A stretch of DNA of 56,290 nucleotides from the NCBI GenBank assembly GCA_000934665.2, contig JYFJ02000635.1:62001-118290 (forward strand), in the 5' to 3' direction. Both the position numbers and the translations under genes were made by a program. Positions 38,501 to 51,578 of this stretch are shown here, one piece after another (the stretch's first letter is position 1; every line of letters begins with the position of its first letter). This DNA comes from Catajapyx aquilonaris. Lineage: Eukaryota. The notes under the pieces are model-generated. The model did no database searches, was not told the DNA's origin, and saw only the letters and a list, made by a program, of their open reading frames with translations.

Positions 38501-41500
38501 GAGTGTAAAAATCCGATAGTAAATCCTTGACCTTCACACTGTCGTGGTCGGTGACCCTCCCTAAAACTGGTTGTACTGCACATAGCCACCCTTCGCACTC
38601 GTTATTTAAAAAATTCGCACTCGAAATCCTTCCCTAATTAGATCTTAGTATGCAAATGAACCTTTTAGTCTCATCTAAAAAAAAGTCAACCTGCATTCGA
38701 TTTGATATTTGTGTCGGCACTTTTTATTGCACTCTATAGGATGTAAAAATACCTCTGAGAACATCTCTCCAAATTAAGGGTCATGAATATAAGCTAGAAG
38801 ATTTTTGCAAGGTAGATGTGAAGGGGGTGCGGGGATAGGTTTTGTATTTAAATCGCCAAGTGAGCGAAAGTGTCCCGTGACACACTCCCTAATCCCTTGT
38901 GACAGCGAAATTTACACCCAGCGCTAATCTGAGGGTTAAGTACATGGGTTTTTTCGTGATTTTAGCATATGAATGCGACCAAGGCAAATTAAGTGTGAAT
39001 TTTTTATGACTTGCTCGCCGGAAAAGGGCGACATAAAACTTTACTTTTTTTAAAAGAAAAAAGCTCGAGTCGAGACTGGATTGAATAAGCGGTTGTTGAA
39101 CTTCACTTGTGTGGGTTAGCGATACGGCTATAAATTGCGTTCATTCCACGTCTTTGTTGTACAAAACTCGTACTGTACAACTACAGATCAGTAGTGTATA
39201 CTGTATATATAGCCTCCAGCTCAGCATATTAATAAACGAATCTGAAGTCAACACATTTCAGTTATTGAATATGTGCGATACACGAGCCCGCAGCTTCGTC
39301 CCTGACATGCCAAAAGGGACATACGATCCGTTTGGGTGTTACCACCCAGAAAACAACAGCCCTGCTCTCTATCATCACTTACAATGAGACGACAAATTAT
39401 CTCGGGGCCAGGCCTTGAATGAATGCATTCAAAACCGATTCGAAAAATGCCAGCCAAGCCCCCCCCCATCTCAGATACATGATGATATTATTGGCAGGAT
39501 CCTGTCACCAGCTCGGAAATCGCTAATAAAATACACGTCAACATGTATAAAACTGGATCGAAGGCGGTCTGGGCAAATCAAAAGAGAAATGGAAAGGTGA
39601 AGGACAAGACACCGGACCCTGTCAAAAGTGGACAGGGCACAAAAAAAGGAGAGTGAATATATTGTGAGATGAAGGTTAATGAATGGATTTGTTTGAGGGG
39701 GAAGTGCAAGCAGTGGACAATGATGGTTGTGGACAAGGACGGTTGAAGAGGGGTGGGTACCACCATTATGTATGGGTACATATGAGCACCGAGACGGAAG
39801 AAAAATCGTGTGGCGGATATTGTGAGCTGGCCTTCATAGCTGATGGTGTCAATCTTCACGTTTGCCAATTCATTTTCAGTGAGAGGCGATGGATGGGCGC
39901 ATGTGAGAATATAGATTATACCAAGTAGGAGAGTAGAGAGAGAAATTATTATCAGTTGATCGTATCATTTTTGCGCCAAACTCACAATTTAATGCACTGT
40001 TATGAGGACAGTTGCGAGTATATGACGATTATTTATGATTCACCATATGCCTACTTTAATGTTATAATGCAAAACCGAGACAGTCTCATTCGCTTTCCTT
40101 CCCATTGTGACTTTACATTACAAATTACACTCCTTCCTGTTTTCCCTCCGAAGAAACATATTGGTTGAAGACATGCAGCTCTCTGGGGGCACTCTTTTAA
40201 AAAATCCCGGTGGTCAAGACCGGGACAGGCTATATTGGACAGACAGTAACAACAATTTAACAGTACAATAAAATAATTTCAGCAAAATAATTTTAATTAC
40301 TCGACAAACCCATTGAAGTGAGCTTCGTACCTACGTATATGACAAAAAGACTTGTTCTTGTAGAATTAAAAATCCTTCAATGATTTTTTTTTCTCTGAGT
40401 GGAGCATGACATCTAGGCCGAGCTTCACATGAGAAAGTATGATTAGAAACAAAATATTGAGCGAATGCTGGCAGTCCCATGAATAACATCCAAATTAGCT
40501 TAAAATACACAATGAGAGAGCAATTTCACGGTTCGTGATTTTCTGACATAGAAATTTATTACATTAGTAAAACCTGTTAAAGGCAAAAATGTGTGGCACA
40601 ATCATATTTTCACGTGACGAATAGGCGCAATAACGCTGCTATTCGGGTAATAAACAGGAAAACTGTGCGCAGCTATAAGAACTTACTCGCATGCACATGT
40701 CCAATAATTTTGAAACATTGTGTCTAACCAGAATCCTCCTTTGCTCCTGCACACTTGCGAAACTTGCACGAAACATTCGTACATAAAAAACACACAACTC
40801 GGAAAGCATTCAACCCTCTTTGGACATCAGGGACATCGGAATTTATTGCAATGCAACCTAAATGGTCAGGGCACGTGCCCTTTTTCCACCCCCCCTAAGG
40901 CCTTTTGGCCTCAGAAAAAAAAGCAGAGCCCGCGACAAGGCCAGTGACTTCTGCGGTATTCGATGGCAGCCCAAACCCCTCTTACCCACCGCCTAAACGC
41001 AATTTTGCCAAGGATAAAAACCTTGGACTTAGAGGCTCCTAACCCATGGACACAATATAGTCGTCATATCCTCCCCCCAAAAAATGAGCAAAACCCTACG
41101 TTATTTTCTGCAAATTGTATACGAAGGTTGGTAAAAAAAAGTGGATCAGAATATCTTCCTTGGTATAATAGGCCTAGTTCTTGCTGGGTAAATGCTGACA
41201 GATGGCCCAAACCCGTTGGCGCCACGTCCGTTTTGGGTGCCTGGGGGTGGATTTTTGCCCTAGAAGGTCAGTTCCTTCTCTGGAAGTTTACAACAACAAA
41301 AAAAGAGTGCAAAACGGCAAAAAGCTTAGAGGGATATAAATCGTGTGTTTGGTGAGCTAGGTTAGGTTCCTGAGCATGTTCTTGGCTTTTTGGGGTGGAT
41401 ACCTTAAGTGTAGGTCTGTCAGGCGGAAAAATTATTTTGGCAGGGAATTCTGTATAATTATAGGCTGCAAAATAAGTTAGTTTGAAACAACCAATCGAGC

Positions 41501-41533
41501 CAAAAACTATTTGCGGATATTGAAAAAATTATA

Positions 41534-41752
41534 TTAGAGTCGGTCTATCAAAAATCGGCTGGATGTATCCTGGCATGATGCAACCATCAACACGCGCTCA
41601 AATAAAGTCAATGACAAAATCCAAGCTTGGTGATGGTTTTATCACTCCAGGATATGTATGGCCGAAACTTTTTTTGTGTGTAAATGGTACGTCATGTTGC
41701 TCTTTCGGTTTTGCTCCTACAAATATGGAGTTTTTACAGAACTCGGCTCTAA
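41534..41752. mobile_element. Old, degenerate fold-back element
   Basis: 41555-41589 (tcggctggatgtatcctggcatgatgcaaccatca) matches the reverse complement of 41631-41665 at about 26 of 35 positions. Outer match ttagagtcg / cggctctaa. Confidence 0.45.
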
Positions 41753-41834
41753 ATTTGGGGGTACTTTAGTTTTATGACGACTTCTGAGCGTGACTTCACA
41801 CTCGGTTGCACCCCCCTACTTCTACTTCACGGTC

Positions 41835-41895
41835 CGTCACGCTGGTATCACCCTCCTACCCTATACTAGCGTGACGTACTTTATGGACGCCGCTT
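41835..41895. mobile_element. DNA-transposon terminal fragment with a 14-bp hairpin
   Basis: cgtcacgctggtat / atactagcgtgacg stem, ending gcgtgacgtactttatggacgccg. From memory, the reverse complement (..GTCCATAAAGTACGTCACGC) resembles a common invertebrate PIF/Harbinger-like TIR; not verified. Confidence 0.45.
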
Positions 41896-44640
41896 CTTAG
41901 AACAGTAAATATGGTCGTGACACCCTTCAACGACAACTAATATTGCATTCAAATATATAGAAATGTTAGCGAACAAAAGCCCAATTTTTCATTCTGACCA
42001 AGTTGTATTATGTAATCATGTTGCACAGGTCAAATGGAACGGTACCCCAAGAACGATTGTGGGTGTGTCCATCAGGCAGCAGACCTATAAGAACCAAATG
42101 CAATTTCCAAGCCAACACTGAAAGCCCATTTGCCTTTCTCATTCTTTCGGTTTGTGAACTTGTCAGGTCTCATCACGGGTGCCATAATCCCATCCATCTT
42201 GATGAGAAAGTACTCCATGGTAAAAGTTAGCGGGGGCGTCCGGAATTTTTGTGTAAGAGCTCCGGCAGCTCAACAACAAAGAAAATGAAGCACCGGGGGA
42301 GTTCGGTAATGACCCGGTGACCGCAGCTCGTTGGTTGAGACTCGCATCTTTCGACAGGTTCCGAGGATTTCTATCCTACCCTGTACGGTAATAGTGTGTA
42401 AAGTATTTGAATTATGAAACCTGTTTGGGAGGCTTGCACCTGGTTTAGTAGACCATTGAACCGGTGAAGAAGTTCAAGGCATGGAAGTCAATTTTTTGAT
42501 GCCTGCACGAAACCCAAGGCGAGATAAGCGACACTGTGATAAGCATCATTTTTTGGTCGCAAAAATTTTTGCTCAAGGTTGGAATCCGTCAGGAGCAGAC
42601 TTTTTTTCAGAACTACTTTCCCCGGATGATAACATATTGCTTCTGCAACCTTATACGGTGAAAGGACATGTTAATTAATCCAGACTCACGATGGTCAAGC
42701 TGTCTTTTGTGGGCGCCTTTTATTGTCCGCTCCTCCTGTTTTTTGTTGTTGTTGTTGTTGTTTTTTCGAGTGAAGGGGACGTTCAGACTTGGCTCAGACC
42801 TTCAGATTGATGTTTGACAGAACCGTAATGGTGGAAAGGACTGGTCAACCTCATGGTTTCATCATGGGTTTAGTTTTGACATCAAAAAAATATTGTGGCG
42901 TAGGAGGTGGGGTTGATTATTTTGCAACTGCTCTAATGCTAGTTTTAGAAAATTGAGGCTGTGACAGATTGAGGTCCTATTATTGTGAATCGACACGACA
43001 AAAGCATCCATCTCACTGGTGGTGTCGCTTCATGCTTGAGAAATGATCAGATTCGTGCCACTGACTTATTACAAGTTGTCGCACTCCATGTCAATCTGGA
43101 ACCTTCTGAATATTGCAACAATGACAGCATACATTATTATTACTCACTGTTTAACTACCCTCTTATCCTCGGGAAAAAAAGTCCTGCTCTTGACCTATCC
43201 GTGCAAGTGAGTGGCAGTTTTATTACCCTCCCAGATATATTGTCGTGCTGGTCATGACGTGGGTCAGCCCATCTATGCTCCGTATCCCAAGGGTTATTGC
43301 TGCACGGAGTCAAATGGCGGTTATTAACTCCCTCCTGGTACATAGTACGCCTAGGTGCAACATAAGATGACCTCCCCTTCTGATGTATGAGGTCACTCCC
43401 CGACCCTAAGTAGGAAGGTGCTGACTCTTTCCATAACTCCATAGAAGTCTTCATTAAATACCAGCTTATCGTGAGATATGACTCTAGTTGAACTTGACCC
43501 TGGATACTGCTGGTCGAAATGTTCTGCCCAAGAAACAAAAACATGAGCGGATGCCGTAGGTGTGGTTGGTTGAGACTTGTCCAACGGAGCATAAATCCCC
43601 CAGCAAAAGGCAGTAGCAGGACATCAAGCAATCGCAAGGTCTTGGCCTTTATTTTGCACATTGCAAATAATGCAGTAAATCAGTCCATTTATGCAAAAGG
43701 ATGCCGACATGGTGCACCTTGAAGTCGGATATTTGTGAGCTGCCAAGTGGTCAGCGAGACAAAGGAAAAGATGGCGTCAGTGCTGGGCGGAAAATGTCAC
43801 CCGCGTGACGTCACGTGCCTCGTGGCATAACCCCCTAGAATCATCTAAATCCGTCCTTTTCTCCCCCCATGTTTTCTTCACGTTTTATCGCATCCTTCTT
43901 GTCCAAGTGTCTCCGAAATAAGAAAGTGGGTTACATCTTTGGTCTAGCGTGAAAACGAGATGAAAATAAGTGTCACTTGCTGCCCTCCAACTTTCTTTCG
44001 CAGGGTTGCACATACAGGATGCTGGGAAGACATTTTTGTGAGGATTTAGAAAAGAATGGGGTCAAAGTTAAAGAGCAGGAAAAGCTGAAAAGGGGGGGGG
44101 GTACTTTCATCTTCGTTGATGTTATACAAGTGATGATTACTTCACTCGACAATGAGGACTGTCCGGAAAGAGTTTCACCTTGAAATATTTCCTTTCCGGA
44201 AAAAGTGACCCCCTCCGATAAGCTGATGAGGTCAGCGTGAGTTTGATTTTTGAGCCAAGGATCCGTATAGGAAGGTTGTCACACATTCGAACAAGAGGGC
44301 ACATATTTAGAAATAGTGTCAGTGTTGAGTGAAAAGTTCTTTTCTTGTTCTGGTAATTGCCTTCCGGGTTTCATAAAAAAAATTCACTACAACACACAAT
44401 AGGTATAACAATCAGTCATTTTGTTTGGTAGTACCGGAAAATCACAGAAACCTCATTAATAGTTTAAAAAGCCCTTTCGATTTTCAATTTTCTAGTGATT
44501 CAGCAAAATTTTGGCATGTGATAAAATTAATGGTTATCGTGGATAATTGCTTGTTATTCTTAAAGTAAAATTTTTTAGCCAATAAATATATGTCTGATTT
44601 TTCATATTTAATATTTTTATGAATATTTAATATTTCAAAT

Positions 44641-44666
44641 CGCGGATAACCAGGGGACAGAGTGTA
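44641..44666. mobile_element. Solo pogo/Tigger-like TIR fragment
   Basis: cgcggataaccaggggacagagtg|ta resembles Tigger-type termini (CAG..CCC..TTATCCGCG on the reverse strand). Partner end not found. Confidence 0.3.
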
Positions 44667-47662
44667 TTTGGCATCAGAAAATATTTTCAGTTGTTTTTGG
44701 GATAGTACAGTATACACAAGTGTACTTTATATTGAGCAGGACAATGAAACATTAATTTCCTCATGCGCTTTTTTCGCAACCTTGAAATGGGTGTCTCTTC
44801 AGTGAAAGTACGGGTCACGACCCCTCCGTGGGGGGAGGGGGTGGGGAGTCATGTAAGAAAAACGATTTAAACCAGATAGTGACCGCAGATTTAATCTCCC
44901 CCCTTGTCCTTGATGCCAAACTGCTTTTGTTTTTTTTTCTTATTCTCTCTCGTAATTCTTTTCGTACTCCCTATAACGGTGGTCCACCCTGGTACACTCA
45001 CAACCTATATAACTCCACGATTGAATTATTGTTGCATAACTCCAGCCATAATCGTGCCATATTCCGAAATCCTGACGGCCATCCTTTATAGTCACAAAAT
45101 GGGGGCCTGATAATGAAGTGTCATTGTTCACACCATCCAGAAAACAATGCATAAACATGTTCATTTTTAAGAGTGCCTTTTATTAAAGGGAAAGGTAGTT
45201 TTTTTATTTTTAAAAAAAGGGAGGGTCAGATGCGTGGAATAGAAGGGGCCAATGATTATGGATGGTGAAGAAGGCGGTGACCAATCACGCCTGCGCAGTA
45301 TTGCCCAGCCAGCGGTTGATAATACTGCACGTTACGTAGGAGGACTAGTTTTCCCGCCATCATCAACAAAGAGAAAGGTCGAAAGAGAGTGAAGTAATTC
45401 GTCGTGAAGCATGAATGATCCCGGACAGGACAGGTGTTGCGCTTCATGAGCTGCTTCCTACACGAGTTAATAATACAGGATGGTTAATAAAGCAAACCCT
45501 ATCGTCTCATCACCAGTGGTCATGTGTAGGTGGCCAGCATTCAGATTTTTAAATGACAGCGTTGGTTAGTTTAAATATTGTTTCTGAATAAATTTGGGAG
45601 GTGTACCAACTAGTGGCATCACATTAATAAATGTCCAGGTAGAGAAATAATTGCTAAGGGGTGTTTCATGTATTAATACTTTGCCTCCAGGAAGTTTTCA
45701 GCTAAGCTCCGGTTCTTGGGAAACTGGGGCAAATCTGTTCCACGACTTGATGACCCCTACACACCCCCTGTACCACCAACCAAGCTGTGCAGCATCCGCC
45801 CCGTTCCCCCCGTCCTTCAGAGATCTATCTCCATTGGGTCATCACGATTCACATTTTCGATGTTCCCGTGTTTCACGTGGAAAGTTTTAGATGTTTGTCT
45901 TTCTTGGGAGCAAGTCATGATAAAGATGTAGTCTGAGCCGGTTGGGGGGTGGGGGTGGGAGTGGGGGAGAGAAATGATGAAAGCTTAGATTTGCTAGCGA
46001 GAATAGTTATTTATTATTATATGTCTTGGGGGCATGGCATGGATTTCCTAATTCAATCAAATCGTGTTAATGATAACCTGTGGACAGTGACAATATAATG
46101 CAATGATAATGGTACCGTTGAAAAGCAACAGGTCATTTGGTCACGACTGTACATGAACCATGTTGGTCATGCTAAAAACTACTTACACCTATGATGTTCC
46201 TATAGTTAATGATCGCATTGAGCTCGGTTGCAGTCGTGGCCTCCAAATGCAGCCTGAGTGAGTCCAACAATGGACAACACGTTGATTGCGGTAAAGGCCA
46301 TCTTTCAGCGCATGCATTCTTTTGTGCTGATTCTCATGGTTAGCACGCAAACACATCTAGAAGAGGCGTGGAAGAGCATTTATTCAGGCGAAAACATGAC
46401 ACACATAAGTCGAGCGTCGTGACAGAAGGCTTGCGTCTTCTTTCAGTAGCCATTCACGTCAGGCAAGTCAACTTCCATCGCCGTGTCTGACAACAATTAA
46501 GAGGGAGGGATGGATGGAGGAGTCGGGGTTAACAACAAAAACAACAAAATAGATGAATCAACCCGATTGTGCATGTTGACGGTCTGGCACTGAATCATTT
46601 GCTCATTCCAGGCCAAGATTATTAGGGAAAGGGGCACACGTGGGGACATTTTTAGCTGAAGTAAATTAATTCAATTAGTAGGTTACTCGCTTATCTACGT
46701 AAATCTTGGCTGAGGTAGTCATGTTGGGAAATAAATTATTTCAATCAATACAGATCCACGTTATATCTTGATGTTACTTGCTTTCAAATCCGCACTGGGA
46801 TCGTAATTACTGTTGTATGAATTACTGTATAAAATAGTCGTCTTTGTGGCTTTGACTTAAATGTTCCCGGAGACCCAGAGCAATCGGTAAATATTGCATA
46901 TACACAGCCATGAAATAGTTTCTCCGTCATTCTGTAATACATAGTAATACAATCTGTTACACTTTCAAATCTGAATATTTATTAACACATCTTCCTACTG
47001 CAAATGCTTCATAGTCATTACTGTAGACTTTTGAGGAGCTTTGCTCCAGCAGGGGTGCAAGGCCATATTGGCCGGGTCTTCCCCACTTAACTATTATTTA
47101 AAAAGTCATGTAGCACTTAGGCAAATAATGTGGCGTCATATTTTATATACGTCACACTGTCTTGTTCACCAACGGTCTTCGTAACATTTCCAGTAGCATT
47201 TCAAAAATATAATTTAAAGCAGTGAATAGGCAAGTTTTCCTCTTGTTTCCCTGTCAGGGCATCTAATTCTTGCTAGAAAGAATAATATATCCTTGTCTGC
47301 CAAGATGTCCTTACGTAAAGTCTGGCATTGTGTGCTATCTCATTATGCTGTCACATTAAGGACCAGGAAATAGAGATGGACATAGGGATGTTATCTTCAT
47401 TATAATACGAACTAGTTCATATTATATGCAGAGCATGGATTTTACCAGGAAGATCAAAAAGTATTTGAATAATTGTACTTCCCAAAATTCCGAAGAACAG
47501 TGATTTGTACCAATGATGGCTGGACTGGAATGCCACCATATCAGTGATTTTGATTATCTGATTACAGTATTATTCATATTATGTGGCTCTCGAACCTTTC
47601 TAGAAACTGTCTATACAAACACATGGTTTGGTAGCCTATATGTATAAAACTTGCCAATTGTA

Positions 47663-47727
47663 TGGCCCGCAACGTGGACCAAAAATTTCAAATTGGCCCG
47701 CGACTTCCAAAAGGTTGCGCGCCCCTG
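47663..47727. mobile_element. hAT-like element terminus (fragment)
   Basis: Reverse strand reads CAGGGGCGCGCAACCTTTTGG with repeated subterminal GCGGGCCA (tggcccgc at 47663 and 47694), typical of hAT/Charlie-type MITE ends. Left end not found. Confidence 0.5.
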
Positions 47728-47954
47728 ATGTAGGGCATTGGCAGCCATAATTGCGTCTCCGTCCTGCTGTGCAAGGTAATGCAACCTGTCTTTCTTAAAC
47801 ACCCATAAATCTGGGTGTCAACCTGGGCATCGGTTGAGTACCTTGGCTACCTTCCCACCCCCGCCTGATTGCATCACAGTTATATTCGGAAATAACATTG
47901 ACCCCGTAGCCAACCGTGACCGCCGACTAATTCTATGGTCTTCTTCTCTGATAG

Positions 47955-48605
47955 GGCGAGTCAAGACGCAGCCCCGAAGGCCCCAGAACAACAAGCCCCA
48001 CGTCGAGAGTCATGTCGACGGTCATCTTCAGCCCGGTTACCGTCGGCAGCCAAGATCCTCAGGAGCCTCCGTCCACACCGAGATGACCACGAAGACAATG
48101 CAGCGCCGGTAACAGCCTGCCAGGAGGCTGAGTGGACCCGGTCCCATCCCGCCTACCACAGCGAGGGCAAAGGTCACCGGAAGAAGTCCCGTTGGCACTC
48201 TGAGCGGGAATTGGTTCAGAAGGAGCGTAGTCAAAGTTTCCAGGACCGCCGCCGATACACCTACCACCAGGACAAGAAAGAGTCCAGCAGCGAGGAGGAG
48301 ACGCCCAAGACGTCACAGGAAGAGCCCGTCTATGAGAACGTCGAAAGCATTAAGCGGGAAGAAGTGGTCAGGGGTCGTAGGTCTGTCCGGAAGCTGACCA
48401 AGGACTCCGGGTACGAGACCACCCCAGATTATGCCAACCTAAGCGAACTGATTGGCGAACCGGACCTGCTGCAGAATCTTCCTAACAGCCAAGAACAGGG
48501 CGACCCCAACAATCCGAAGAGGCGACCCGAGGACATCACATGCGCCACCATCCCTAGTTCACCAAATCAAACGCAGCAGAGCACGGAGGAGACTATGGAA
48601 CAACG
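47955..48605 (+). CDS. Internal coding exon (217 codons, phase 2-2) of a large gene; disordered, charged signalling/scaffold-like segment
   Basis: Part of the longest ORF in the window (47935-48609), GC-rich with coding-like third positions. Branch site gaCTAAt at about 47926, pyrimidine tract and AG at 47953-47954, donor CG|GTGAGT at 48606, length divisible by 3. Peptide contains RSQSF, YENV, KLTKDSGYET and YANL. Family not recognised with confidence. Confidence 0.9.
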
Positions 48606-50545
48606 GTGAGTACCTCTATGTACTATGCGCATTTATGAGTGGCAAATACCTGTTTTTTTCACCTTTTGTTGCAAATCGCCTATACTACCGTCATGTCCAT
48701 ACATTTCCACCAGCAACATTGATGTAGGCCTACCCGTCGCGTAACCTTACGACGTCTGGTCCACCGTTACCCGTCGAGCGGCTGCGTAAAAAGTGGTCTT
48801 GTCCACTTAACAGATAATCCGAAAGACCCCAGCCTTCTGTTGTGGTCCGGAAATGATCCGGGAAGGTCATGGGACCCCCGCGACCATGAGAACAACATAG
48901 ATCAAGATTCGGAGCAAATAATAACATAGCAGTCAAAATGCAGGCGACAACTTCCGTGTTCCATAACCACCATTTTCACTGCGGTTTCCACTTTTTATTG
49001 TTGCTGTTGCCTGCTTCTGGTCTCTGAATCTGCCGATAAGAGATCGATCGTATCCGCAAACGGCCCCCAACGTGCGGTCTGGATAGTAATTGGTACTGTT
49101 GATGACCCCGACGGGTCACCTCTTGGGAGTGCCCAGTCACATAACTCAGCTGGTATGCAGCAACCGGATTTATACCGTGCTTGATAGAACCTCGTACAAC
49201 CTTGACACTCGTGAAAAAAAGAGATATAAAACGACAATTGACGCTAATAAAAAGAGGGGGGGGGGTGCAGTACATGCATCTGGCACACAGTGACACGACA
49301 TTGAACCGTTGTTCAGGAAATTGCCTCGTCCTACCCGGTATGCAACCCATCAATTGGAACGCATCTTCTGGTCGCATACCATTCCTGACTACGACCTTCA
49401 TGACTTGACTCTCTCCGTACTCAGATTACCGGATAATTGCCTCGTTTTCCGTCGTGTCCCCGGTTCTCGACACGACATCGTGAAGACCTTCCCTGCATGT
49501 TCCGCATCCAGGAAATGTGCACAAACCTCCTAATTAAAAAGTAAAAAAACAACCAAATCTGACTCCCCAATTTCTTCCTACTAGCTGCAGACTTGAGAAA
49601 AAGAAAGGCCCCGAATTGTCGGGTGTGTCCCGATTCTTAATGTAGATATGTGCACTAGGATGGACCTCCCATCTTGTTACTGTCTGAAGGTGTGTAAGTG
49701 TTGGACATGCAAGGAGGAGAAATATATGACTTGGAAAAAAAAAACGGTTAATCTGCAATTGTTTTGCTGATTTAAGGATTTTGACCTCCAGTCATGACTT
49801 GGAGCTTTGGGGATGATGCTAGATAAATCGTGGAATCTGACGTTTATCCCGAGCTGATTCCGGTTGTGGGTATACCGGTACGGTTTAGAAACAAGCAAAC
49901 TAGTCCCGGAATGAGAGCAGGCCACACACTGAGTAATAGTAAATTATTATTTTTTAAAAATCTATTATGCCACTTGCTTATCTTTCAATGAGACGTCATG
50001 CCAGTGAAACAAATGGAGTCATTTTACGGTTTTAAAAAAGCCGGAGACGTGTCGTAACCTGAGGGTTGCTTCATTTTGAATTGATGGACCTTATGCCCCT
50101 TTTTTGTGTGGGCGGGACAAATAATTAATGCTTAAGGCGTGTTTTGGGCTTTAACAATGCGCGTGGCATGTATTTTTTGACAGAAACATGGCAGCGTTAC
50201 CATGCTTAAAAGTAGGTTAATTAATTTTCAAAACCTTAAAATTTGGTGGCCAGCTTCACTTTTGGTAACTGTTATTCGAGATGTATGTGACCTTGTTGGC
50301 CAGAGACGTGAGGTACGCACCCTCCTGATCAAACGGTACAAACGAGTGGTACTATCTCAATTATTCTGCTCAATCTCGACTTGAAATAGCATCCACTTAT
50401 AGTTTGAGGGAGAATAATTATTCTCCCAGCAGTTAACAAATTGGAGAAAATAATATTACAATATTTGTGTAACTTATGTGACACAGGTGTAACCAAATAG
50501 TCCTGCTATAATAAATCTATACACATATACAAATTAACTTATACA

Positions 50546-50994
50546 ACCGAAGCAGTGGTAGCGGAGGGGATTTGGTATCCGACTGCTAATCGGGAGGTCC
50601 TGGGTTCGAACCCCGGAGGCCGGCGATCCTGACCTTGGTTTTCTGTGGTTTTCCAAGGTCGCTCCAGGAATAATTTCCGGGATCGTACCGTAATATAGGC
50701 CACAGCCGCTTCCCTCCTTTCCCTGTCCTGGAGGAGATGCGGGTCAGTCGGGGGTTTCTGACCCGCATCTAGGGGGCCATCTATGGCGAACGGACCCCCT
50801 GAGGGACTGCACACGACCCCCAACTTGAGACATTGCACATGCACCAGTGTCCCTCCCTCCTATCCCTACCCTGTCACTGCACCATTATTGTACAAATAAT
50901 AACAACAAAAATAAAATAAAGGTCCGTGTGATATACCCCCAGTTGGGGGTGAAAGCACTACCCCAGTTATTATTATTATATTATTATATTATAT
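50546..50994 (+). mobile_element. Full-length tRNA-derived SINE (~449 bp) with a (TTA)n tail and 15-bp TSD
   Basis: A box TAGCGGAGGGG (50559), anticodon-like arm tccga-ctgctaa-tcggg, B box GGTTCGAACCC (50603), body GGTTTTCTGTGGTTTTCC..CCGGGATCGTACC..AGGCCACAGCCGCTTCC, TTA-rich tail. Exact TSD AAATTAACTTATACA at 50531-50545 and 50995-51009. Confidence 0.93.
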
Positions 50995-51071
50995 AAATTA
51001 ACTTATACATACATATTATACTGTATACATATTATATTGCATAGGTAGTACATATTATAGCAGAACTCTTT

Positions 51072-51141
51072 GGGTGTAACTTTGGTAGTAGGGTGTAACT
51101 TAGGTGTAACTTGGGTGTCACAGGTGTAACTTAGATGACAC
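51072..51141 (+). repeat. Degenerate ~11-bp minisatellite (RGGTGTAACTT)
   Basis: Units at 51072, 51091, 51102, 51113 (variant) and 51122. The same motif occurs at 50467-50493, on the other side of the SINE. Confidence 0.75.
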
Positions 51142-51227
51142 GTTTCTAATCAGGAAGACGTTTCATAGTTAATAAAACTAATTTCATGTTTCATAGACGT
51201 AAGGCTTCAAACTGCCAAAGAAACGGC

Positions 51228-51578
51228 CAAGGTCGGTCGCCTCCGATTTAGTTGAAACTAGCTTGAGGGGTCACTCATGTGCGATAGACACAATGGGGAA
51301 AGTCCTAGATGACACTATCCAGCCGTTTCCGAGATTTGAGCGACAAAACAATCCGAATTTTGGCCGCGCGTACTAGGTGTCGGGCGGGAAGGGACAAGTG
51401 CAAGGCCCGGCAAGGCCCCTATACCCCCATACGTACGCGCGGCTAAAATTCGGATGTTCCTGTCGCTCATATCTCGGAAACGGCTGGACAGTGGCATCTA
51501 GGACTTTCACCACTGTGTCTATCGCACATGAATAACCCCTCAAGCGAGTTTCAACCAAATCGGAGGCAACCGACCTTG
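51228..51578. mobile_element. Fold-back MITE with ~146-bp arms and a 59-nt GC-rich loop
   Basis: caaggtcggtcgcctccgatttagttgaaact..gccgcgcgtac (51228-51373) pairs along its length with gtacgcgcggct..aaatcggaggcaaccgaccttg (51433-51578), roughly 90% identity by eye. Possible outer ends agacgttt (51156) / aaacgtct (51613). Confidence 0.9.

Noticed and set aside
43155..43661. 168-aa minus-strand ORF
   Set aside because: No recognisable domain or supporting exon structure; would need BLASTX to rescue.
50552..50625. Functional tRNA-Ser(GCT) gene
   Set aside because: The acceptor stem does not pair, the Ser long variable arm is absent, and it lies inside a TSD-flanked SINE.
50921..50960. Hammerhead-like TGAT..stem..GAAA at the SINE 3' end
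   Set aside because: The core reads GTGATAT rather than CTGANGA and lacks the 3-8 pair; treated as a LINE-recognition hairpin instead.
51072..51141. CRISPR-like repeats
   Set aside because: Units are about 11 bp, mostly adjacent with no unique spacers; no cas genes; eukaryotic context.
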